64,000 bases of DNA from assembly GCA_016937175.1 (NCBI GenBank), contig JAFGWL010000056.1:100437-164436 (forward strand). The letters run 5' to 3'. Under the pieces are notes generated by a model that saw nothing but the letters and a program-made list of their open reading frames with translations, searched no databases and was not told the DNA's origin. This stretch comes from Candidatus Mcinerneyibacteriota bacterium (GTDB lineage Bacteria > Macinerneyibacteriota > Macinerneyibacteria > Macinerneyibacteriales > DSCS01). Shown here piece after piece: positions 17,171-26,131 of the stretch (its first letter is position 1; each line of letters opens with the position of its first letter). The translations under genes were made by a program, and so were the position numbers.

Positions 17171-19456
17171 ATGAAATATATCAAGATAATTCTTATTTTA
17201 GCTGTTCTTGGATTGGCGCTGTTCAACACCCAGGAAGTGGTCAGGCCTCTGCTCTTCTCCAGAGCCAGGAGTGAAGCGGAAAAAGAGGCCTCACAAAGCC
17301 TTGCCCGGCAATACGATGCTGTCTTTCAGGGGCTGGCATCAAAAGAGGCGGCTCTTGACGGCCTAGCGGCATCTCTGAGCACAAGGACCTCAGCCGAAGA
17401 GGTCTCAGGGATCCTGGAAGGGAATCTTTCACAATTTCTCTGGCTTGAATATACAGATCAGTCGGGCGTCCCCATCGCCCTGGCGGGAGAGCGCACAGAT
17501 TCCTTCTCGATTTCCCGGCCTCTTCCAGGAGGCAGACGGATCGAAGCGGGGATCGACCTGAACTCTTTTGTAGAGACTCCCATGCAGCCCTATGTCACCC
17601 TCCTCAGAGACCCTGCTCCCGCAGTGAAGAAGTATTCCGCGGACCCCCGGACAATCGTCCGCACCCTCCCCCTGGACGACACCGGTTTTACCCTGGTCCT
17701 GCATACTCCGGCCAAACCGCGCATGGACTCCCTCCTGATCATCCAGGGAGCCCTGCTGGCCCTGGGCCTCTTCGCTGCCTGGCTGGTCCTTAAAAACGCC
17801 AGGCGTGTGGACATCCCTTCCCTGACCTCTTTTTTCGAGCAAGTGGAAAAGGGGAATGCCGACCTTCGATTTGATATTAAGAACAATGACCCCCTGAAAA
17901 ATGTCAAAGAGCGTGTCAACTATTTTCTTGATTCTACCCAGAGGGATTATTCCGACGCTGCAGTAGAGAAGAAAAAGATCCTCTCTTTCTGCCATACGCT
18001 CCATGCCGTATCCCGGGAACAGACCCCCGTCAAACAATACCAGTTTTTCCTCTCTTTTCTCGTCAACGAACTTTCCATTGAAAGTGTCCACCTTTTCGTG
18101 AAGGATACAAAACAAGTCCTTTACTTCAGAGGTCTGGAGTCAGCCACGATCCCCTCAAACCCCAACCTTGAGAAGCTCTTCGCTATGGAAGAAAAGTCAC
18201 TCCTGGACGAGTTTGACCTCTCATCCATCATCAGTGAAGAGGATACCTCCATTCATGCCTATATCGTCTATCCCCTCTCAGAGAATGCCACCCTCCTCCT
18301 CCCGAAATCCCAGCTTTCTAATATAAAACTCGATATCTTCGATATTTTCATCAAACTCTTCAAACAGACTCTCCTCCTTCACCAGGAGCGCATCGAGGCG
18401 ATCCGAAACAAAGTCTACAATGAAAAGAGCTTTAATAAAACCGCCGTGGGCTTTCTCTGGGCGAGTCAGGACGGCCGGATGAAAAAGGCCAATGATGCAG
18501 CCAGGGCCCTTCTTCTCATCGAAGAGGAAGAGTTCAATATCTTTGATTTCCTCGTCAATATGGGCGTCGATACGACTCCTTTTTCAACCCTTGTCCAGGA
18601 GGGAAGAAACAGGGCCTTTACCGTAGCAGGAAAGAACAGGACCTTCTATTTCACCGTGAGCCCCCTTCTGCTAAGCGATCAGGGCCAATATGACCTTCTC
18701 TTTTCCATGACTGACGTTACTGATATCCAAAACGAGAAAACACTGGCCCTTCAGGAGGCTGAGTCCACCATAAGGCGTTATGAAACGGAGATCAACCGCC
18801 TGAACCGGGAGAACATCGCCTTTCAGGAACAGGCCGATACAGCGGGAGAGACACCGGCACTGGAATATATCACAGCTCCCATGGCTGCCTCCCTTTCAAG
18901 AACAGGGAAGGCCATCAAAACTCTTCTTCCCCTCATCTTTGACGACAACGAAAAACGCCTTCTTCTCCTTATGCGAAAAGAACTGACTTCACTTAATTTC
19001 CTCATCAGAGACCTTCTCATCTTCGGTAAGGAGATGGAGCTGGAACGGGATTATGGAGATATCGCCGACTATATCAAGAGAAGCTTTGACCTGGTCAAAC
19101 AGGACCTGCGGGAAAAACGCTGTTCTGTCCAGGCCGACTTGAAAAACGCCCCTGCTATCCAGTTCGATAAGACCTTGGTAAGCCTGGCGCTTTTCAACCT
19201 CTTCCTGTTTGTGGCTCAGGCAGCCCAGGACAAAGCCCGGCTGACGGTTCAGACAACCTCGAAAGAGGGCCGTTTTTTCTTGTTGACCACACTTTCTGAC
19301 TTTCAGCAGGAAGCCGTGCAGGGAGCTCTCGAGGATATTCTGGACCGCTACAGTGTTTTCGCTTTCCTCGTCCGTGATATCGCCCGGGCTCACGGAGGTG
19401 ATTTTGACATCCGCAAGACTGATGCCGGATTGGCTCTGACCCTTAACTTACCCTGA
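17171..19456 (+). CDS. Membrane sensor with HAMP/GAF/PAS-like modules and a degenerate histidine-kinase core
   Basis: Two TM helices flank a periplasmic domain of about 170 aa, followed by a coiled coil. The DHp-like helix reads PMAASLSRTGKAI where SHELRTPL is expected, so there is no His. The N-box Asn and the DxGxG box are not visible. Only the C-terminal HGGDFDI...GLALTLNLP resembles HATPase_c. Confidence 0.75.
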   Translation: MKYIKIILILAVLGLALFNTQEVVRPLLFSRARSEAEKEASQSLARQYDAVFQGLASKEAALDGLAASLSTRTSAEEVSGILEGNLSQFLWLEYTDQSGVPIALAGERTDSFSISRPLPGGRRIEAGIDLNSFVETPMQPYVTLLRDPAPAVKKYSADPRTIVRTLPLDDTGFTLVLHTPAKPRMDSLLIIQGALLALGLFAAWLVLKNARRVDIPSLTSFFEQVEKGNADLRFDIKNNDPLKNVKERVNYFLDSTQRDYSDAAVEKKKILSFCHTLHAVSREQTPVKQYQFFLSFLVNELSIESVHLFVKDTKQVLYFRGLESATIPSNPNLEKLFAMEEKSLLDEFDLSSIISEEDTSIHAYIVYPLSENATLLLPKSQLSNIKLDIFDIFIKLFKQTLLLHQERIEAIRNKVYNEKSFNKTAVGFLWASQDGRMKKANDAARALLLIEEEEFNIFDFLVNMGVDTTPFSTLVQEGRNRAFTVAGKNRTFYFTVSPLLLSDQGQYDLLFSMTDVTDIQNEKTLALQEAESTIRRYETEINRLNRENIAFQEQADTAGETPALEYITAPMAASLSRTGKAIKTLLPLIFDDNEKRLLLLMRKELTSLNFLIRDLLIFGKEMELERDYGDIADYIKRSFDLVKQDLREKRCSVQADLKNAPAIQFDKTLVSLALFNLFLFVAQAAQDKARLTVQTTSKEGRFFLLTTLSDFQQEAVQGALEDILDRYSVFAFLVRDIARAHGGDFDIRKTDAGLALTLNLP

Positions 19457-19458
19457 TC

Positions 19459-19890
19459 ATGGCCATCGCATTCACGTTTAAAAAGAGCCCCTTCTATGTC
19501 CTTCTTCTCATGGCGGGGCTTGCTCTTCTTTTCTTCCTTTTTCATACCTTGACCGGCGGACGGTATGCCTCTTTGCCGGTAAAGCTTTTCGGAGATCTCA
19601 GGCCTCAAGATGTGATCACCGTCCATGCCTTCGGAAAAGAGGTTAAAATCGGAGAAGAAGGGCGCACTCTCCTCAAAAACATCAGAGTAGAGAGGGGACG
19701 GGACTCTTTGAGACTTTCTGAAGATATCTCCCTGACAGTCAACAGGAGTTCTTATGCCCTGGGAGCCATCACGTCACCGGCTCCCCTGACCTTCATCAAG
19801 GGGCCTGACGGGCATATCTATCTCTATCGCGGAGACCTTCTCAGGGAATTAGGCATCACTCTCCAAAAGGAGGATCCGGATGAGAAGTGA
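19459..19890 (+). CDS. Hypothetical single-TM protein
   Basis: 143 aa with an N-terminal TM helix (FYVLLLMAGLALLFFLF). Starts 2 nt after the sensor stop and overlaps the next gene by 11 nt. Confidence 0.55.
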   Translation: MAIAFTFKKSPFYVLLLMAGLALLFFLFHTLTGGRYASLPVKLFGDLRPQDVITVHAFGKEVKIGEEGRTLLKNIRVERGRDSLRLSEDISLTVNRSSYALGAITSPAPLTFIKGPDGHIYLYRGDLLRELGITLQKEDPDEK

Positions 19891-20845
19891 CAGGATCATC
19901 GATGTATCCCATCTTATCGAGACTTTCGACAAGCCCGAGTTTCTGAGAAGAGAAGAGGCCTACAGCCGATTAGGGATCACTCCCTCTCTGGCTGTAGTCA
20001 TGGCGGGAGAGGATCCCGGTTCCCTCTCTTATATGAGGGGGATCGAGCGCTTCTGCCGATCAAGACAAGTCTCCTTTCATTCTGTCGTCTGCATGGACAG
20101 CCGTCATCTGGAAAAAACAATCCACGAGCTTAATCAGGATGAAGAGATCCACGGGATCATGATCCTCTACCCCACACCCTTCAGAGGAAAAGATACCCGT
20201 TTTATGAATGCTGTCTCCCCTGCCAAGGATGTTGAGGGGCTTCACCATACCCATCTCGGGTATCTCGTCCAGTTCGAACAGTTCAAAGACCCCTTGAAAC
20301 TGAAAAAACTGGTAATTCCCCCGACAGCCAAAGGTATCCTCTATATTTTCAAACGTTATGCCCTTCTATATGAAGAGGCCAAAAAAAGGGACGGAGCCTA
20401 CCCTCTGGGATTTGAGGAGAACCCTTTTGCTATTACCGGAAAGCGCTTCACGATCATCAATGATTCTCTGGCTGTGGGGCGCTCCCTGGCGCTTATGCTG
20501 CTGAATGAAAACGGATCTGTCCGGGTATGCCATCGTCATACATCCTTCCGGGAAGTCCTGGCACTCTGTCATCGTTCCGATGTGATCGTCTCCGCTGTTC
20601 CCGGCCCCTTCACTATCCCCACCGAAAAGATCCCCCGAGGGGCAGTGGTCATCGATATTTCTTTCGAAGGCAACTTTGAGTATCCGGATGTTTTCGCGAA
20701 AGCGGGGCTGATCGCCCCGAAATGGAATCTCACAGAAAAAGGCAACCGTATCAACGATATGACCCTTTACCGGCTTCTCTCCAACCTCTATTATCTTATC
20801 GATGCCGGCCTTCCCCCGGGCATCTTACGGCGTTATCACTCCTGA
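19880..20845 (+). CDS. Divergent FolD-like protein (methylene-THF dehydrogenase/cyclohydrolase fold)
   Basis: PSLAVVMAGEDPGSLSY, KDVEG and IPPTAKGI align to FolD. The YxxxK Lys is Ile (YMRGI, 20030-20044), GxSxxVGxP reads NDSLAVGRS, and PGGVGPMT reads KGNRINDMT. There is an insert of about 35 aa. SD AAGGAGG. Confidence 0.75.
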   Translation: MRSDRIIDVSHLIETFDKPEFLRREEAYSRLGITPSLAVVMAGEDPGSLSYMRGIERFCRSRQVSFHSVVCMDSRHLEKTIHELNQDEEIHGIMILYPTPFRGKDTRFMNAVSPAKDVEGLHHTHLGYLVQFEQFKDPLKLKKLVIPPTAKGILYIFKRYALLYEEAKKRDGAYPLGFEENPFAITGKRFTIINDSLAVGRSLALMLLNENGSVRVCHRHTSFREVLALCHRSDVIVSAVPGPFTIPTEKIPRGAVVIDISFEGNFEYPDVFAKAGLIAPKWNLTEKGNRINDMTLYRLLSNLYYLIDAGLPPGILRRYHS

Positions 20846-21639
20846 TCAAGCCCCAGGATGAGGCGAAGAGCTTCATTGGCTTGATGATGGGCGCAGATCC
20901 CCACGCGGGGAGCCATGAGCCCGGCTCCCTGCCCCGCTTCACTGGACTGGTCACCGCAGATGACGAGCTTACCCAGCCGGACTGTAACTATCTCATTGGA
21001 AGGGCCATATCCGGCCATGCCTGAACCGGAAACTACATGGCATCCTTTCATCTTCTCCAGAACAGTTGTAATCAGCATCTCTTTTTCAGAGGCTTTGTCA
21101 AAAGCTTCGATAATCACCGAGGCTCCGTTGAAAAGAACCGGGATATTCTCCCTGTCCAGGCGCACAGTATTGATGCGGACCCTTACCCCCGGATGGATAT
21201 CCGCAATGGTCTCTTTCAGAGCTTCGGTCTTGAATCGGCCGATCTGGCTTAAAAAATAGTGCTGTCGGTTGATGTTGGAGGGTTCTACCACATCATAATC
21301 GGCGAGGATCAACGTCCCTACCCCCAACCGGGCCAAAGCGACAGCCGCCGCAGACCCGAGCCCTCCCAGGCCGGCTATCCCAACCACGGCACGGGAGACC
21401 TTATCATGGACTCCCGGAGAATGACGGGCGGCCAGGAGAGCATCCAGCTCCCCGTCCTCATATTGTCTCCCCCGCTGAATAAAGACGACAACATCCCCCT
21501 CTTTAAGGGGGAGGTCCTCTTCGGCCGGACAGGAGTTCAGTACTGTGATATCCGCTTCCGGAACCGTTGCTTCTTTGAGTTCGTAAAGAGTCGTCCCTGC
21601 AGGGACTTCCCTTTTTACTTCGTTGACGGTAATGATCAT
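20836..21639 (-). CDS. thiF: ThiS-like beta-grasp domain fused to a ThiF-type adenylyltransferase (E1-like)
   Basis: A beta-grasp-like domain of about 57 aa at the N-terminus (MIITVNEVKREVPAGTTLYEL...GDVVVFIQRG). It is followed by GIAGLGGLGSAAAVALARLGVGTLILADYDVVEPSNINRQ. Its ATG overlaps the PP2C stop (ATGA). Confidence 0.8.
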   Translation of the reverse strand: MIITVNEVKREVPAGTTLYELKEATVPEADITVLNSCPAEEDLPLKEGDVVVFIQRGRQYEDGELDALLAARHSPGVHDKVSRAVVGIAGLGGLGSAAAVALARLGVGTLILADYDVVEPSNINRQHYFLSQIGRFKTEALKETIADIHPGVRVRINTVRLDRENIPVLFNGASVIIEAFDKASEKEMLITTVLEKMKGCHVVSGSGMAGYGPSNEIVTVRLGKLVICGDQSSEAGQGAGLMAPRVGICAHHQANEALRLILGLDQE

Positions 21640-23180
21640 TCACCCTCGCTCTTTTTAAGGATCACTACAGTGACATCATCCTGGGGGACTGGAGAGTCTT
21701 TGAACCGCCGCACTTCCTCGAGAAGCAACCCGCCCCATTCAGACGCAGACTTTCCCCCGCATTTTCTCATATGGCTTTTCAGCCGCTCTTCCCCATACTC
21801 TTCGTCCAGTCCGTTTGTCGCCTCTGTGACCCCGTCGGTGAAGAGAAGAAGGGACTCCAGGTCACCGAGAGGGAACTCCCCCGTCTGAAAATCGGTTTTC
21901 GGGACTATCCCCAAAAGAAGACCTCCTGCAGTCAACTCTATTAACTCTCCCGACCTGCTGAGAAGATAGGGAGGGTTATGCCCGGCATTGATATAGGTCA
22001 CAGACTCTTTTTCCAGATCCATTTCCAGAATAAAGAAGGTAATGAACTGTTCAGCTGTGGTACTGGAAAAGATGAGATGATTGATATCCGCCACCAGGTC
22101 TGGCAGGGTCATCTCCAGGTCCGACAACACAAAGAGTGCAGCATGAAGGGTCGAGACAAGGAGAGCAGCGGGAACGCTTTTCCCGGTGACATCGGCAATT
22201 GCGATATAGATCTTATTGTTGACTTTTCGAATAAAGTAATAGTCTCCTCCTACTTCCCGGCTGGGGATGTTAGCCCCCCAGATCTCCCATCCCGGAGTCC
22301 GGGGAATATTTTTGGGCAGAAGATTCTGTTGGATCTCACGGGCCAGGTTGAGCTCGCTCTCCATCCTCTTCTTTTCGATGGACTCATGGATCAGCTTAGA
22401 ATTTTCCAAAGCGAAAGCGACATTAGCCGCCAATGAGAAGAGGAAATCATACTCTGTCTCGGGAATACTCTTTCCGTCAGTCTTATGCCCCAGTACGATA
22501 TAACCGGTGATAGAGTTCTGATATTGCATGGGGACCACAAGCGCACCACCGGCTTTATGGATCTCTTCCATCTCGGGGTTCATGAGATATTCCTGGTTCT
22601 CATTCAGGTCAAGGATATTTCTCAGGGTCTTGACCATGCCCAGCCTGGACGGAAGTTTTTTAAAACCACGGAAGACTTTCAGAGAAAAGGTCTCAGACTG
22701 ATTGAGGTATATCGCCGTCTTAGTCACCATCACCTGCCCCATGATAGCGAAGATCAGGGCATTGAGGATACTGCTCTCTTCATGGAGAAAGATGAGCTCC
22801 CGGGAAATCTCCATGAGAGTCTCCACCTCTTTCTTCTTCTGCATTCGGCTTTTGGATATCCTCAGAACAGAGCGGTATAAGAGATGGTTCAGAATAACAG
22901 ACTTGAGAAATTCAAGGTCGATCTGGGCTTCTACAGAGGTGAAAAGCCCTTCCGGGTCCCTGTCCAGATAGAGTCGGACATCCTCCAGGCCGTTCTTCCT
23001 CAGGATGAGCTCATAAGGAAGAGGTGCTGATACATCACGGGCATAGAGGATAGAGTTATCACTGATATTAAAGACAGAACAGGAGCCTATCCCGTATTTT
23101 CGGCTGAAGTATTCCATAAAAGAGCGGAGCCCTTCCCGGACATGAGTTCTTTCATTGATCTCTCTCATCTTTTCAATCAT
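21636..23180 (-). CDS. GAF-domain PP2C (SpoIIE/RsbU-type) protein phosphatase
   Basis: The C-terminal PP2C block contains GGDYYF, IADVTGKSVPAALL, NAGHNPPYL and LLFTDGVTEA. The ATG at 23180 (SD GAAGGGG 7 nt upstream) is preferred over the TTG at 23201. Confidence 0.85.
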   Translation of the reverse strand: MIEKMREINERTHVREGLRSFMEYFSRKYGIGSCSVFNISDNSILYARDVSAPLPYELILRKNGLEDVRLYLDRDPEGLFTSVEAQIDLEFLKSVILNHLLYRSVLRISKSRMQKKKEVETLMEISRELIFLHEESSILNALIFAIMGQVMVTKTAIYLNQSETFSLKVFRGFKKLPSRLGMVKTLRNILDLNENQEYLMNPEMEEIHKAGGALVVPMQYQNSITGYIVLGHKTDGKSIPETEYDFLFSLAANVAFALENSKLIHESIEKKRMESELNLAREIQQNLLPKNIPRTPGWEIWGANIPSREVGGDYYFIRKVNNKIYIAIADVTGKSVPAALLVSTLHAALFVLSDLEMTLPDLVADINHLIFSSTTAEQFITFFILEMDLEKESVTYINAGHNPPYLLSRSGELIELTAGGLLLGIVPKTDFQTGEFPLGDLESLLLFTDGVTEATNGLDEEYGEERLKSHMRKCGGKSASEWGGLLLEEVRRFKDSPVPQDDVTVVILKKSEGE

Positions 23181-25230
23181 AAGAAGGCCCCTTCTTTTCA
23201 AAAATTATCATGGCAATATCGTCGGTCTGTTCATAGGTCCCCCTGAATTCGTAAAGGTCAGCGGTGACCTTGTTGATGATCCGTTCACATCCGCCCTCCC
23301 TGTTTTTGTCGATCACTTCAAGAAGGCGGGATTCTCCATACAGGCGGCCGTCCCTGTTCCGGGCTTCTGTGACCCCGTCTGTATAGAGAAAGACAAAATC
23401 GCCCGGGTCAAGGCTGAAAGAATGAAAGTGCAGCTTCTCTTCAAAAAGTGCGTTGTCGACTAAGCCCAGGCCCATGCCTTCCTGCTCCATGAAGGAGAGG
23501 CTCTGTTCCTTGCTTCGAAACAGGATAGGGTAATTATGCCCCAGCTGGATATAAGAGGCCTTGTTTTCCCTGCTATCGTAATAGACCAGGGCCATAGTCA
23601 CGAAGATCTGGGCAGGAAGCTTGTTTTTGATATAATCATTCATATAAAGGATAATATCCTTCAGATTGAAATAGGTCATCCCCATATGAAGCAGGGTCCT
23701 GACCATGCTCATATACATGGCCCCATTGATCCCCTTCCCGCTCACATCGGCTATGACAAAGAGCGTCTTCTCTCCGCCTTCTCTGAAGATGACATCGCAG
23801 TAGTCTCCACCGACTTTTATGGTAGGGTTATAGCGCCACCGGATATTGAGTTCTTCGTGGAGGATATCCCGGGGAGGAAGGAGGGAAAACTGGATCTTCC
23901 GGGCAAGGTTGATCTCTTTTTCCATGATCTTTTTCTCTGAAAGCTCCCGGCTTGCTTCGACAGTATGAAGCAGCATGGCTATCTGATTGGCTACCGAGGT
24001 GATCAACTGCATCTCTTTCGGCTTAAAGCGTGTCCTGGCTCTTTTGCTCCCGACGATAAGAAAACCGTAAAATCGGTTCTCAAAAAAGACCGGAAAGAAA
24101 AAAGTGGCCCACTTATAGGCTTGCCGGAACCGGTATCCCATGTCCAGAAATGTAAAATAGCGCCGGCTCATATATTTCTCATCCCTGTCATCGCTCAAAA
24201 CAAGGTCGGCTTCCTGGATGTTCAGCAGAGTCTTCAGCTCATTGATGACCATGTTCCTGATCTCCCCGAAGGAATTAAGCCCTGAGACATTGACGAAAAA
24301 ATCGCCTACTATATCTTCGTAGTTGATCTCGTCTTTGATAAAAAAGTAGTCCATAAGCCACTTCACCAGCTTATAGTAGGAGATGTAAAGGACAAAGCTG
24401 AGGACATAGACGGCAAAAAGAACTATTTCGTGGGCTTGCTGGAGTTTGACCAGTATAAAAGTAAAAAGAAAAGCATAAGCCAGAATAAAGAAACTCCAAA
24501 AGAAGTAGTAGAGAAGGCTTCGTTCTTTGATCTCGATATTAAGAAACTTGTACTTGACCATGGAAAAAGAGAGAAGGATGGCATTGAGAAGGATCGCCAG
24601 CGTATACATCAACCGGATCCTCTCCAGGGTGAAGACTGCAGTAAAGAGATTCAGGTGGCCTGACAGAAGGTCGATGACGAAGACAAAAGCAAAAGCCTCG
24701 ATCCCTGTGATAATATAACCCACCTGTTTTCGCAGCAGCTGATTGTCAAAAAGCTTTCTTTTTTTCCTGAACATCCTGAAGGCCAGGACCAGATAGACTC
24801 CGTTGAGGATCAGCAGAAAGATATTATAGAGAGAGGAAATAAGCCGGGCCAGGCCCTGCCCGATAAGCCCCCCGCTGAACATCTCGGGAAGCAGAGCCGT
24901 TTCCAGGAATTTAAGGATAAAGAGGGCCAGAAAATAGAGAAAATAAGGGATAAAGATCACATATTTCAAACCCTTATAGCGCTTTGTATACTCCAGTTCG
25001 TAAGGGTAGATGATAGAGAAGAGGAGCAGGAAAGGGAAAAAGAGAATCCAGATCTCGAAAAAATTCTCAAAAATATCGATTTTTTCGGTGATGATCCAGG
25101 AAAAAGGAGCCAGGCCAAGGGTAAAAAGCATGATCGCCGTAATGGTATTGATATTGGTCTTCTTGTTTTTGTAGATGTAGATACTCAGCATGAAGATGAG
25201 AAACGAGCTGATGGTATTGACCGCTTGCAT
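23173..25230 (-). CDS. Polytopic-membrane GAF-PP2C (SpoIIE/RsbU-type) phosphatase
   Basis: About 8 N-terminal TM helices, then a GAF-like region and PP2C motifs GGDYCDV, IADVSGKGINGAMYM, LGHNYPIL and FLYTDGVTEA. Confidence 0.85.
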   Translation of the reverse strand: MQAVNTISSFLIFMLSIYIYKNKKTNINTITAIMLFTLGLAPFSWIITEKIDIFENFFEIWILFFPFLLLFSIIYPYELEYTKRYKGLKYVIFIPYFLYFLALFILKFLETALLPEMFSGGLIGQGLARLISSLYNIFLLILNGVYLVLAFRMFRKKRKLFDNQLLRKQVGYIITGIEAFAFVFVIDLLSGHLNLFTAVFTLERIRLMYTLAILLNAILLSFSMVKYKFLNIEIKERSLLYYFFWSFFILAYAFLFTFILVKLQQAHEIVLFAVYVLSFVLYISYYKLVKWLMDYFFIKDEINYEDIVGDFFVNVSGLNSFGEIRNMVINELKTLLNIQEADLVLSDDRDEKYMSRRYFTFLDMGYRFRQAYKWATFFFPVFFENRFYGFLIVGSKRARTRFKPKEMQLITSVANQIAMLLHTVEASRELSEKKIMEKEINLARKIQFSLLPPRDILHEELNIRWRYNPTIKVGGDYCDVIFREGGEKTLFVIADVSGKGINGAMYMSMVRTLLHMGMTYFNLKDIILYMNDYIKNKLPAQIFVTMALVYYDSRENKASYIQLGHNYPILFRSKEQSLSFMEQEGMGLGLVDNALFEEKLHFHSFSLDPGDFVFLYTDGVTEARNRDGRLYGESRLLEVIDKNREGGCERIINKVTADLYEFRGTYEQTDDIAMIIFEKKGPSYD

Positions 25231-25236
25231 ACTATC

Positions 25237-25692
25237 CTAAATCTTTTTCACGACAGTCAGTTCATTTTTGTGATACGGGTCTATGGTGATAGTCAGTTTG
25301 TCAGCCAGCCTGTCTATCATGAAGAGGCCAAGGCCTCCTTTATGACGGTTTTTAACTTTACTTTTGATATCCTCAAAATTCAGTTCATGATACTTCTTCT
25401 CATCAAACCCTTTTCCATAATCAGTAATGGTCATGGTAAAGAGGTGAGGCTCAAGTTTAAGGCCGATCTCCACCACAGCTTTTTCTTCCGGCATATCCCG
25501 GTAGGCATGTTTTACCACGTTGGAGGCTGCTTCGCCGACAATATAGACCAGGTCTTCGGCCATCTCTTCATGAATATCATGAATAGTACAGATCTCACGC
25601 ACAAACTCCCGCGCGATCTGCAAATATTTTTTTTGAGCCGGGAAGCTGATCAAAAAAGCCTTAGAATTTTTCAATGGCCTCTCCCTCTTCAT
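25237..25692 (-). CDS. RsbW/SpoIIAB-like anti-sigma-type serine kinase (HATPase_c_2)
   Basis: N-box-like VGEAASNVVKHAY and G-box ITDYGKGFD...HKGGLGLFMI. The start is uncertain: ATG 25692, or TTG 25674 behind GGGAGAGG. Either way it overlaps the end of the STAS gene. Confidence 0.8.
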   Translation of the reverse strand: MKRERPLKNSKAFLISFPAQKKYLQIAREFVREICTIHDIHEEMAEDLVYIVGEAASNVVKHAYRDMPEEKAVVEIGLKLEPHLFTMTITDYGKGFDEKKYHELNFEDIKSKVKNRHKGGLGLFMIDRLADKLTITIDPYHKNELTVVKKI

Positions 25693-26005
25693 TGAAAATC
25701 TCGTAAATAGCCGTAAAACCTAAAATGGCAAAGATCTTGTAGATCTTATCCGGGACACGGACGAACTTGATGTCACCCCCTTTTTCCCTGATATCCTCGA
25801 TATATCCCATAAAGACCCCTAATCCCGTGGAAGAGATATAGTTGAGTTTATCCATATCAACGATAAGCCGGACCTGGCCTTTTTCAATGAGGGATTTCAG
25901 CAACTCTTCGAACTGTGATGCCGTATGGGCGTCGAGAAACCCTTTGATGGTTATTTTAGAAACGTCATCTGTGATCTTTTGACAATCCGCCTGATAGTCC
26001 TCCAT
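25661..26005 (-). CDS. STAS-domain anti-anti-sigma factor (RsbV/SpoIIAA-like)
   Basis: 114 aa. LIVDMDKLNYISSTGLGVF carries the conserved phosphorylatable Ser context. Confidence 0.88.
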   Translation of the reverse strand: MEDYQADCQKITDDVSKITIKGFLDAHTASQFEELLKSLIEKGQVRLIVDMDKLNYISSTGLGVFMGYIEDIREKGGDIKFVRVPDKIYKIFAILGFTAIYEIFNEEGEAIEKF

Positions 26006-26052
26006 GGCCCCCCTTTCTTCATGGTGAAACGGCCTTTTTCTATATCAATCCC

Positions 26053-26080
26053 ATTATATCATGCCCCGGTAAAGTTGCAA
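26053..26080 (-). promoter_or_regulatory. Sigma-70-type promoter TTGCAA-N16-TATAAT of the partner-switching operon
   Basis: On the minus strand: -35 at 26080-26075 and -10 at 26058-26053, about 45 nt upstream of the STAS ATG. An SD GAAAGGGGGG follows. Confidence 0.5.
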
Positions 26081-26095
26081 TAAAAAGGTTCTCTC

Positions 26096-26123
26096 TTGAC
26101 AAGAGGAGCGCTTCTGTTAGCAT
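26096..26123 (+). promoter_or_regulatory. Promoter TTGACA-N16-TGtTAGCAT placed for a leaderless CNNM transcript
   Basis: -35 at 26096-26101, extended -10 TG at 26115-26116, -10 TAGCAT at 26118-26123. The ATG at 26132 lies 8 nt after the -10, and no SD is present. Confidence 0.4.
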
Positions 26124-26131
26124 AACGGCAT

